From assembly GCF_000186885.1 (NCBI RefSeq), contig NC_014972.1:2280001-2312000 (forward strand): DNA of 32,000 nt. Direction: 5' to 3'. The notes under the pieces were generated by a model. That model was given only the letters and a program-made list of their open reading frames with translations, had not been told where the DNA came from and did not search any database. The translations under genes and the position numbers were made by a program. Positions 1 through 10,001 of the stretch are shown here, in pieces (the stretch's first letter is position 1; every line of letters begins with the position of its first letter). This DNA comes from Desulfobulbus propionicus DSM 2032. GTDB taxonomy: Bacteria; Desulfobacterota; Desulfobulbia; Desulfobulbales; Desulfobulbaceae.

Positions 1-156
1 AGATCTTTCTCGGCAAGGTCGAGCCGGGCGTGTGGTGAGGGAATAAAGAAGGGGTTAGGGAATCTTTCGTCAGGTTGGCGAAGCGGCCAAGTCCTGACCA
101 GAGGAGAGATCGCAACCGCCGGTCGCAATGCACAACGACCCGCACCAGGAGGCCCG

Positions 157-411
157 ATGTCGGATTCAAACAACACGAAATTCATCGACCTGCCCCGTGA
201 ACAACAGCTGGCCGAAGTGCACAGCCGCTTCCAATATCGAGAAGGATCGGGCTGGTACACCGGCGAGGGCGTCTTTGCCGGCAGGGACGAGGCCGATGTC
301 ATCGCCGCCCTGATCGATCTTGAGGACGCGGAGATCAATGCCGTGGGCGACTGCATGACCGGTTATTGCCCTCTGCAGCCGAAATTGGAGGATTTCGTCC
401 GCAAACCGTGA
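157..411 (+). CDS. small hypothetical protein (84 aa), acidic, with a C-terminal CxxxxC pair
   Basis: ATG at 157 follows a strong SD (ccAGGAGGcccgATG). TGA at 409-411. I recognise no family. Confidence 0.45.
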   Translation: MSDSNNTKFIDLPREQQLAEVHSRFQYREGSGWYTGEGVFAGRDEADVIAALIDLEDAEINAVGDCMTGYCPLQPKLEDFVRKP

Positions 412-720
412 CGGGGATGCGCTGCAAGGCGCGAAGGAGGCCGGTTCATCGCCTGACCTCCTATTCCTAGCAAGAAATCCTTGACGTTACAGAATAGCCG
501 TTTGCTTATTGGCCAAGCTGGTCATAGGGCGAACAGCATGACACGACTTGGGCAGCATCGTATCCCGTGCACACGGAAGGGTGAGCGTCTTTTGACGACG
601 TCTTCTTCAAGAGAAGGATCATTCAAAAATAAAAACAACCTATTAATTGCCTAACTAAGTTGCTTATCAATATTATTGTGTGGTCAATATTCTAAAAATT
701 CGAACAGGCGAAGGGTGATC

Positions 721-1239
721 ATGAAAAAACACAATACGGTTAACATGCTTCTCACGAGTTACCTCCTTTTCCTTTTTCCATGTTGTGTTGTCGCGAGTGA
801 GCATAAACAAAACGAAACCAGGCATTTCGACCCTGTAACCAACGGAATTTTTAAGCAAACCTGCGGAGCATGCCATTTTGCTTATCAGCCAGGCCTGCTT
901 CCTTCAGGGTCATGGGAAAAAATTCTTTCCAATCTGCCCTCTCATTTCGGTGAAGAAATCACTTTAGAGGAAAAATCAAAAAACCTTATCAATGAATATG
1001 TGCGAGCAAACTCTGCTGAATACTCATCGGCTAAAAGAGCAAAAAAAATCTTAAAAAGTCTAGCGGGCCAAACACCGTTACGGATTACAGAAATACCGTA
1101 TATCCGTGAAAAACATCGCGAACTGGATGCAAACATTTTTAGTAAACCATCAATTGGTTCCCGTTCCAATTGCATAGCCTGTCATTCTGCCGCTGAGCAA
1201 GGCAACTACGATGATGATTTCGTGAAAATTCCAAACTAA
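721..1239 (+). CDS. periplasmic diheme cytochrome c (DHC-like family)
   Basis: Two CxxCH haem motifs (CGACH, CIACH). Signal-peptide-like N-terminus MKKHNTVNMLLTSYLLFLFPCCVVA. The context FKQTCGACHFAYQPGLLPSGSWEKI..HFGE resembles the DHC family. I prefer the internal ATG at 721 (SD-like aagggtga upstream) over the track start at 676. The gene is markedly AT-rich compared with its neighbours. Confidence 0.8.
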   Translation: MKKHNTVNMLLTSYLLFLFPCCVVASEHKQNETRHFDPVTNGIFKQTCGACHFAYQPGLLPSGSWEKILSNLPSHFGEEITLEEKSKNLINEYVRANSAEYSSAKRAKKILKSLAGQTPLRITEIPYIREKHRELDANIFSKPSIGSRSNCIACHSAAEQGNYDDDFVKIPN

Positions 1240-1394
1240 TTCTTTTGTTACGATTGTTCCCACGCTTTTGCGTGAGAATACAGCACTGGACGCTCCTGCG
1301 TTCCGTCCCGTTTGGTTGATCGACCGGGTAGGGTGCAGGGGAAGGGGTGATTTCAAGTCCAAACAGGAGCAACTGCTTTTCAACCGAGTTTACC

Positions 1395-2612
1395 ATGGAC
1401 AACACCCGATACATCATCGCAGGCAGTTGCATCGATGGCTGGAGTGGTACGGTGCGCAAAGAAATCGTGCTTGCGCTCAAGGACGGGCGCATCACGGCGA
1501 TGGGCGAGCGCAGCGAATTGCCCCGTGATCCAGGGGCGACCGTCGATGACCTCTCCCATTGCACCATCGTGCCGCCGTTGATCGACTGCAGCGTTGCCCT
1601 GGCGCGGTCGCCCGCGATTGATCCGCGGCTACGGGCAGATATGGAGCAAGCCAACCCCGAACGGCAGGCCGCGTTGGTTAATCGGCACATCGGATATTGC
1701 CTGGCCCACGGTGTGCTGGGCGTGGTCGACAGTAACACCCCCGAGGCGTTGCTTGCCCGGTATCGCGGTACAACAGCGCCGGAACAGGCCCTGTCCATTT
1801 GCTCAGCCGGTTGTATCGGCATCGAGAAGGGCCAAGGTGCGACACCCAGGACGCTTGGCCCTCCTATCCACAGAATCGGATACTCCAACGATATCGAACA
1901 GACCGGAATTTCCGAACCGAACTTGGGCGGCGACGCACTGCGCCACCTGTTGGCACAATCCGGGAGTGGCAGGAAGGTGGTGGTCGCCAATGGGCCTCAG
2001 GCAGTGGCCGAGGCACTGGCCGCCGGCTGCGACGCCATCGAGCAAGGCTATCTGATGAGTGAGGAACATCTCAGGAAGATGGCCGACAACCAGGTGCTGT
2101 GGATACCCAGCGTATTGCGGGCAAAAAATGGCCTGGACAGCTCGGGTTCCGGCGGCGATGTCAGTTGTCGTTTTTCGTTGCGGTATGTCGCGCCGGGAAA
2201 AGCACAGCCTGGGGCGGAAGCCTCCTGGAAGGCGTTGCTCACCGATCAGCTCCGACTGTTGGGCCGGGCACGGGATCTGGGGGTGCCGACAGCCGTGGGT
2301 ACCGGTGCCGGCAGTCCTGGCATCCTCCATGGCGAATCCGTGGTGGAAGAGATCAAACTGTTCATCAAGGCCGGCTATTCCCTGGCCGAGGCCATCGGCT
2401 GCGCCTCGGAACAAGGGGCTCGCTTCTTTGGCCTGGAGCAGATCGGCGCGCTGCGGGTCGGCGGCCCGGCCACCTTTCTGGTTACCCGGGGCACCCCTCA
2501 CCAACTGCCGAGAAAACTGGCCTATCTGGAAGGAATCTACGTCGGCGGTGCCCCCAGCCCCATCTACCGAAAGAATCCGGTGAAGAAGGGACCAGATGCC
2601 CCCATCCTTTGA
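1395..2612 (+). CDS. amidohydrolase-fold protein (imidazolonepropionase/prolidase-like, COG1228-like) with degenerate active site
   Basis: Family-typical blocks: PPLIDCSVAL (position of PGLIDxHxH), AAGCDAIEQG (position of IEHG), AVGTGAGSPG (position of GTDaG) and the C-terminal GALRVGGPATFLVTRG. I chose the start at MDNTRYIIAG (ATG 1395), which is in frame with the track ORF at 1347. Confidence 0.75.
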   Translation: MDNTRYIIAGSCIDGWSGTVRKEIVLALKDGRITAMGERSELPRDPGATVDDLSHCTIVPPLIDCSVALARSPAIDPRLRADMEQANPERQAALVNRHIGYCLAHGVLGVVDSNTPEALLARYRGTTAPEQALSICSAGCIGIEKGQGATPRTLGPPIHRIGYSNDIEQTGISEPNLGGDALRHLLAQSGSGRKVVVANGPQAVAEALAAGCDAIEQGYLMSEEHLRKMADNQVLWIPSVLRAKNGLDSSGSGGDVSCRFSLRYVAPGKAQPGAEASWKALLTDQLRLLGRARDLGVPTAVGTGAGSPGILHGESVVEEIKLFIKAGYSLAEAIGCASEQGARFFGLEQIGALRVGGPATFLVTRGTPHQLPRKLAYLEGIYVGGAPSPIYRKNPVKKGPDAPIL

Positions 2613-2634
2613 TCGGCAAGATCAGGGAACATCG

Positions 2635-2697
2635 CGGGCATGGCCCGCTCCTACATCCCGTAGTGCATGTGGGTGGGGGAGGAGCGGGCCATGCCCG
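2635..2697. repeat. 18-bp perfect inverted repeat (cgggcatggcccgctcct / aggagcgggccatgcccg) with a 27-nt spacer, in a convergent intergenic region
   Basis: Read directly: arm 1 is 2635-2652 and arm 2 is 2680-2697, and they are exact reverse complements. No U-tract follows on either strand. Confidence 0.9.
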
Positions 2698-2698
2698 T

Positions 2699-2750
2699 GA
2701 AAAGCTTGATCTTCCTGCGTTCCCACACTCCAGCGTGGGAACGATCAAGT
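2699..2750 (-). terminator. candidate intrinsic terminator downstream of the malic enzyme gene (nested hairpin)
   Basis: Outer stem CTTGATC (2705-2711) / GATCAAG (2743-2749). Inner stem TTCCCAC (2720-2726) / GTGGGAA (2735-2741). On the minus strand only a short CUUUUC tract follows. Confidence 0.35.
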
Positions 2751-2776
2751 GACTTTGTCGGGAGTGCTCTCCCCCA

Positions 2777-4621
<1,845 letters not shown>

Positions 4622-4763
4622 TCACCGCCCGGCAAAGAACTTTTGCCGTTTGGGTAGACGAAATTACCATTCGGGGAAGCATTACAACCGCTTGGTTGGC
4701 CTGTCAAGATTCTCGGGCCAGCGACGAAGGGGGAGACGACAGCCGCGCGGCAGGCCGGAGAAA

Positions 4764-5705
4764 TCAAAACAGGGGACGCTGGACCCAGCGGCCGGACGCC
4801 GGCTTGCGCTCGGTGATCGTTTCGTTGCCGATAAGCGTGCCGACGAGCAGCGGCGAATGGGGATCATGGGCCGCCCGATTGTGGATGACCGCCTGTTGGC
4901 TGGTGTTGGCATAGCAGTAGCGGCAGCCGTGCGGGCAGGTGTTGTAGGCACCGATATCCACACTGGCGGCGCAGCCGCATGCCGGTCGCTGGCTGCTGTC
5001 TTTGCCTACCCGGAATCCCGGCTGCCCGATCAGCTCGGCCACTAGGCGACCGTCGATACACCGGGCCGCCTCGAAGCCGCACTGCTCCTGGAGCAGGGAG
5101 TCGCAGCAGGCATACAGCCTGATCGCATGACGCTTGGCCAGGGCGGCAAGCCGGGTGGCAAACCGGGTCGCTTCCTCGGGGGCAGGCGGCAGCAGATCGA
5201 TTCCCCGCAGGTTGCGCCTGCATTTGGCATAGAGGCTGAGAAAGCTGACGATGCAGCAGCGGGTGTGGCCGCGCAGGTGCCGCGCCAGCTGATCAAAGGC
5301 CTGCAGATAGTGCTCAGGGGTCAGGGTCGCGGTGAAGACAATCGGGTCAAAACGCCACAGCACCCGGTCCGGGCCGATACGGTCGGCCAGGCGACGGAAC
5401 GTAGCGATCAGACTGGCCTGATCGGGAACCCGCGGTTCCAACTGGAGACCACAGCCGGTGAGGGTAAAGTGGAAGTAATACGGGTAGCCGAGCCGGTCGA
5501 TTTCATCCAGCCGACCGAGCAGCGGCGCCGGATTCTTGGTCCAAAACACTAGGCAATTCACCAGACGCGGATCGAGGAGAACCCGCGAAACCTGCCGGGG
5601 ATTGAAGGGATTGCGGGCCAGTGCGACGCCCGCGTGCAGCCGGTTGAGCAGCCAGTCGCCGTAAAAGGCAGGGATATCGGTCCGCCGGCTGACGCTGACA
5701 ATCAT
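4764..5705 (-). CDS. DUF1848 family protein (Cys-rich C-terminus)
   Basis: N-terminus MIVSVSRRTDIPAFYGDW and the C-terminal cysteine cluster CGCAASVDIGAYNTCPHGCRYCYAN are characteristic of DUF1848, as I recall the family. Confidence 0.7.
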   Translation of the reverse strand: MIVSVSRRTDIPAFYGDWLLNRLHAGVALARNPFNPRQVSRVLLDPRLVNCLVFWTKNPAPLLGRLDEIDRLGYPYYFHFTLTGCGLQLEPRVPDQASLIATFRRLADRIGPDRVLWRFDPIVFTATLTPEHYLQAFDQLARHLRGHTRCCIVSFLSLYAKCRRNLRGIDLLPPAPEEATRFATRLAALAKRHAIRLYACCDSLLQEQCGFEAARCIDGRLVAELIGQPGFRVGKDSSQRPACGCAASVDIGAYNTCPHGCRYCYANTSQQAVIHNRAAHDPHSPLLVGTLIGNETITERKPASGRWVQRPLF

Positions 5706-5777
5706 GGCCGCGCAGGGCCGGAAGGCGCGCTGCCCCTTCGCGGCGCAACGTGCCCGTGGCGGACGAAGGCGGTCTGG

Positions 5778-6773
5778 TTAGAGGTTGTGCACTTCAAGAT
5801 AGACCAGGGTCTGGTTGAGCAACTGGTAGGCAATCTCGCCAAAGGTGATGGGGCCGACAAAGGGATCGGTTCGGTATCCCTGCAACCCGGAGTAGAGATA
5901 GTTGAGAATGCAGTTGCAGGAAAAGACAATGGTGCGGCCGCCGGGGTTGAGCGTGCGCAGCTGCCTGTTGAAGGTGGCTTCATAGTCGGCGACCGCCCTG
6001 GCGTGCCTGTAGTGGATGCCGGCAAACACTGGCGCATAAAATTCGACCTTGCCGTCGGGCTCGACGTTTTGAAAGCTGGTATTGATCAAGGCGCCGTAAT
6101 AATCGGCCACCAACGGCAGTTTGGTGTCGAGTTCGTTGCGAAGGATATACTGAGCGAAATTTTCCCTGACCCCATTGACCAGTACATCGGTGCAGGAAAA
6201 GCCATCGTTGGGAAAGATAAAGGTGTCCCCTTCCCCCTGCTCAAAGATATTGAGGATACCCACGTCCACGGTTTTATCGGCAGGCAGGGTCACATGCATG
6301 ACCACCGCCTCCTGCGCATGGGCCGTGCCCGAGAGGCCGTTGAACACCTTGGGCGTTGCCGTGCCCATCTCAACGAGATGCACGCCCGCCACCCAGCCGA
6401 CCAACGGCCGGCTGCCAAAATCCTGGTAATGGGGGGCGTTGAGGGCAAACGACGCGTGCACGGAGCTGGCTGCCGGCAGAATAATGAAGCTGAAGTCGCG
6501 TCCTTCGTTTTGGGTATAGATCGTGCCGAGCCGGTGCCGGTCATACACTTCGATGGCCGCCGACGCTGCGACCGGGGTCAGGTCGGTGACGAACAGCTGC
6601 TCACGGGAAACGATCCCACCCTGATCCGAGGTGATGAAATAGGGGATCGTACCACCGATCCATCGCCCCTTGGGTAACTGGCGCATCAGCTGCTCCTCGC
6701 CGGCGAGCAGCAGGGTCCGTCCTGCGGTGATCAGCGGTTCGACCTCGGCGACAGTGAACATATTCTGATGCAT
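5778..6773 (-). CDS. uncharacterised protein, FIST-like sensory-domain architecture (tentative)
   Basis: 331 aa and soluble. The C-terminal block FVGPITFGEIAYQLLNQTLVYLEV resembles the FIST_C ending (GEI....hNqT). SD AGGAG lies 7 nt upstream. The upstream small ORF stops 8 nt before this start. Confidence 0.5.
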   Translation of the reverse strand: MHQNMFTVAEVEPLITAGRTLLLAGEEQLMRQLPKGRWIGGTIPYFITSDQGGIVSREQLFVTDLTPVAASAAIEVYDRHRLGTIYTQNEGRDFSFIILPAASSVHASFALNAPHYQDFGSRPLVGWVAGVHLVEMGTATPKVFNGLSGTAHAQEAVVMHVTLPADKTVDVGILNIFEQGEGDTFIFPNDGFSCTDVLVNGVRENFAQYILRNELDTKLPLVADYYGALINTSFQNVEPDGKVEFYAPVFAGIHYRHARAVADYEATFNRQLRTLNPGGRTIVFSCNCILNYLYSGLQGYRTDPFVGPITFGEIAYQLLNQTLVYLEVHNL

Positions 6774-6781
6774 GGCGGCTC

Positions 6782-7021
6782 CTACCCGAAAATGGTTTGA
6801 ATGTCTTCCTGCACGGACGGACTGGTTGCATTCTTTGCATAGATGGCATGCAATTGCTCCACCGCATGCTCGATATTATCCGGAGTAGGCGCCGTGCCGA
6901 CCGACCGCATCAGCCGGCCAAGGAGAATTTTGGCGCCAAGCGATTTGAGGACGAATCGTTTCCGGCCGGTGACAATGTCGGCCCAAAGCGGATTGTTTTT
7001 CGGGGGAACAGGAATACGCAT
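6782..7021 (-). CDS. small hypothetical protein (79 aa), apparently co-operonic with the FIST-like gene
   Basis: Internal ATG at 7021 with GGAGG upstream. The longer track ORF starts with GTG at 7093 and has a poor SD. No family recognised. Confidence 0.4.
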   Translation of the reverse strand: MRIPVPPKNNPLWADIVTGRKRFVLKSLGAKILLGRLMRSVGTAPTPDNIEHAVEQLHAIYAKNATSPSVQEDIQTIFG

Positions 7022-7629
7022 CGTCGATGGCCTCCAGAGCACGATCCAAGGGACCCAGATTACTCCATCACGCTTCGCGGTCAGGCATAACACACCTTAT
7101 ATGGAACACGAATGTACATGGTATTGCCCCTTGGCACAAGATGAAGAAAAAAAGGATGTCACCGGTGACCCGAAACGCTATGAAGTACCTGCCAGATATG
7201 GCACTTTCTTGATAGGATGCAATTGCAGCAAAAGAAGAGTCAATATGCCCCGTACTCGATGAGAATATGGGTCAAAAGAACTCGAACTGATTTTCTTTCT
7301 TGGTTGGTTTTTGGTATCATTGCTTCTGACAGAGTTTTTTCCCTTTGTTATATATTGGGAAAAAAGAGTCATTTATACCCAACGGTTTCTGTTCGCCGTG
7401 CCGTCCGCCCCTCCGACAAAAGGTTATCGGCATGAAAAATGCATTGGATTCCGCAGGTTGCGAGGAACGATGTAAGAACCGTCCACGCTCCCACTGCTTT
7501 CCGGGGAAATCAGTGGTCCCTGAAACCCAAGCCAACCCACGCCCCGACAACAGCCGCCTCAGCAATGGGCTGGGATTCGCCTCACTTTTCAACATCATCG
7601 ATCGCGCGTATTCACGCGGAACTGGATTC

Positions 7630-8778
7630 ATGGATATCACCAAATTTGCCATCCCCGAAATCATCTTTGGCCGGGGAAGTCTCAACTATGCCGGACAATG
7701 TGCCTTGCGCCTCGGCGCCAAAAAAGTGTTCCTGGTCAGCGACGAAGGGATCGAGGAGGTCGGATGGCTGCAACGCCTGATGGACGTTCTGGAAAAGGAG
7801 GGCATCAAGTGGGTGTACTACCCCGGCGTGACCTCGAATCCGCGTGACTTTCAGGTGGAGCAGGGAGCGCAGCTCTATTCCAAGAACGGCACCGATGTGA
7901 TCATCGCCATTGGCGGCGGTAGCGCCATGGACACGGCCAAGGGCATTGCCATCATCGCCAGCAACGGCGGCCGGATACGGGATTACGAGGGCGCCAACCG
8001 GGTGCAGCGGCCGCTGCCGCCGATGATGCTGATCACCACCACGGCCGGCAGCGGCTCGGATATCAGCCAGTTCTGCATCATCACCGACATGAAGCGCGGG
8101 GTCAAAATGTCCATCATCACCCGGACTCTGGTGCCCAACATCTCCATTGTCGATCCGCTGATCCTGCGCACCAAGACCGAATCGCTGATCATCCAGTCGG
8201 CGGTCGATGCGCTGGCCCACGCCATCGAGGCCTACATGTCGCGCATTGCCTCGCCGTTCACCGAAATTCACTCGCTTCGGGCCATTGACCTGATCCTGGC
8301 CAACCTGCAACGCGCGGTGGCCACTCGTTCGCTCGATTCCCTGGAGCAGCTGAGCATTGCCTCGGTGTCCGCTTCCATGGCCTTTTCCAATGCCGGACTC
8401 GGCGCCGAACACGCCCTGGCCCACGCCCTGGGCGGCCATTTCGACATGCGCCACGGCATTGTCCATCCGATCCTGCTGACCAGTGTCATGCGCTTCAACA
8501 TGGGCATCAACCCCCAGCGCATGGCCGATATCGGCCGATTGATCCTCAAGCGCCAGGTCGGATCGGATGAGGATACCGCCTTGGCCGGCATTGAGAAACT
8601 CGAGGAATTTTTTGCCTCGTTCGACGTTGCCCTGCGGCTGAGCCAATTGATTCCGGAAAGTGAACGGCATCATCTTGAACCGCTGTGTAAGATGGCGGTC
8701 CATGATGCCTGCAACCTGACCAACCCCCGGCCTGCCACCTGGGAAGAATTTTACCGAATCTGCGAGGAGGTGTGGTGA
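7630..8778 (+). CDS. iron-containing (group III) alcohol dehydrogenase
   Basis: Fe-ADH blocks: IIFGRGSL, GGGSAMDTAKG, AVDALAHAIEAY, HALAHALGGHFDMRHG. The start at MDITKF (ATG 7630) fits family N-termini. The frame stays open upstream to 7345 (possible GTG at 7513, ATG at 7432), so the start is uncertain. Confidence 0.85.
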   Translation: MDITKFAIPEIIFGRGSLNYAGQCALRLGAKKVFLVSDEGIEEVGWLQRLMDVLEKEGIKWVYYPGVTSNPRDFQVEQGAQLYSKNGTDVIIAIGGGSAMDTAKGIAIIASNGGRIRDYEGANRVQRPLPPMMLITTTAGSGSDISQFCIITDMKRGVKMSIITRTLVPNISIVDPLILRTKTESLIIQSAVDALAHAIEAYMSRIASPFTEIHSLRAIDLILANLQRAVATRSLDSLEQLSIASVSASMAFSNAGLGAEHALAHALGGHFDMRHGIVHPILLTSVMRFNMGINPQRMADIGRLILKRQVGSDEDTALAGIEKLEEFFASFDVALRLSQLIPESERHHLEPLCKMAVHDACNLTNPRPATWEEFYRICEEVW

Positions 8779-10001
8779 TGCCCCACTACACCACCCTTGA
8801 GGACCTGGTCGGCATCGAGCACTGCAAGCTCGGTTTTTACCAGGAATTGCAGCAAAAGGTCGAGCAGCTCAAGGGCTCCAATCTGGAATTGGAGAAAAAA
8901 CGAAAAGAAATTCAGGCGTTGCTTGACGGTATTACCGATTTGATGGTGGTTTTGGCCGAAGACCTCAGCATTCAGCGGGTCAATCATGTGTTCACCGATT
9001 GGTTTCCCGGCATCGACCCCATCGGTCGCTTCTGCTACGAGATCTTTCGCGGCCAGCAAGGCCGGTGCGAGGACTGTCCGGCCTTGCACGCCCTGGACCG
9101 CGATGAAATCGTCAAGGATCTGTGCATCTACAAGGTCAACGACGATTTCAAGCATTACGAAATCATCGCCTCGCCGCTGAAAACCAGCCTCACCGGCGAA
9201 CGTCAGGTGCTGCTGTTCAAGCGGGATGTGACCCTGGAAAAAGAATTCCAGGCCCAGTTTTATCAGGCGGAAAAAATGGCCACCGTGGGAGCACTGGCCG
9301 CCGGCGTGGCCCACGAGATCAACAATCCCCTGACCGCCATCAACGGTTTTGCCCAAGGACTCAAACGTAGAATCAGCCGCTTGCAGGGCAAGATCGACGA
9401 CGACCTGTTCTGCGATTTCAAGGAATACACCGAAACCATCATCAAGGAATGCTTACGCTGTCGCGACATTGTCCAAACCCTGCTGACCTTCAGCCGGCCC
9501 ACGGCTTCCAGTCGCGGCCATGTGAATATCAACCAATGCGTCACCGATACCCTGTTCATTCTCAAGCATCACTTCAAGGAGCAACACGACCTGACGGTCA
9601 AGACCGAGTTGCAGGAAGACCTGCCGGCGATCCTTGGTGACGAATCCCAACTCAAGCAGGTGATCATCAACCTGCTGACCAACGCCCTGGATGCCACCAG
9701 CAACGGCGGCCTCATTCAGATCAAAACCTATAGCGACGAGACCGCCGGGGTGACGCTGGTGATTGAAGATTCCGGCTGCGGCATCCCCCTGGAACTCCAG
9801 GACAAACTGTTTGAGCCGTTTTTCACCACCAAACCGGTGGGCAAGGGCATCGGCATCGGACTCTCCACCTGTTATTCCATTGTCAAAAATCATAACGGCG
9901 AAATCAATGTCACCAGTGTCGTGGGCACCGGGTCGGCATTTCGGGTTTCTCTTCCAGGTATCAACGAAGAATGGACAAAGAAAGATACTCCATCCTGGTA
10001 G
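8778..10001 (+). CDS. cytoplasmic PAS-domain sensor histidine kinase (HisKA + HATPase_c)
   Basis: No TM segments. Coiled-coil and PAS region are followed by the H-box AAGVAHEINNPLTAINGF, the N-box LLTNALDA, the G1 box EDSGCGIP and the G2 box GKGIGIGLS. ATG 8778 overlaps the ADH stop (TGATG) and follows SD GAGGAGG. Confidence 0.9.
   Translation: MPHYTTLEDLVGIEHCKLGFYQELQQKVEQLKGSNLELEKKRKEIQALLDGITDLMVVLAEDLSIQRVNHVFTDWFPGIDPIGRFCYEIFRGQQGRCEDCPALHALDRDEIVKDLCIYKVNDDFKHYEIIASPLKTSLTGERQVLLFKRDVTLEKEFQAQFYQAEKMATVGALAAGVAHEINNPLTAINGFAQGLKRRISRLQGKIDDDLFCDFKEYTETIIKECLRCRDIVQTLLTFSRPTASSRGHVNINQCVTDTLFILKHHFKEQHDLTVKTELQEDLPAILGDESQLKQVIINLLTNALDATSNGGLIQIKTYSDETAGVTLVIEDSGCGIPLELQDKLFEPFFTTKPVGKGIGIGLSTCYSIVKNHNGEINVTSVVGTGSAFRVSLPGINEEWTKKDTPSW

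Noticed and set aside
1-156. Possible 3-prime end of an upstream gene at the left edge (frames ending at TGA 36-38 or TAA 44-46)
   Set aside because: Fewer than 15 codons are visible and two frames are equally possible, so it cannot be supported.
600-1260. Calling the AT-rich cytochrome islet a mobile element
   Set aside because: I could recognise no integrase or transposase, no tRNA attachment site and no flanking direct or inverted repeats. Only the compositional anomaly is reported.
7132-7213. Two TGGCAC hexamers (7132-7137, 7199-7204) as sigma-54 -24 elements
   Set aside because: Neither has a GC dinucleotide at the required GG-N10-GC spacing. The second reads TGGCACTTTCTTGAT, which is one nt short and has GA instead of GC. 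They are not reported as promoter features.
7345-7629. 95-codon in-frame upstream extension of the alcohol dehydrogenase ORF
   Set aside because: It is not adopted as coding. Fe-ADH homologues start near MDITKFAIPEIIFG, and the extension has no recognisable domain. The distal part has fairly GC-rich third positions, so an upstream start (GTG 7513) is not excluded; this is flagged in the findings.
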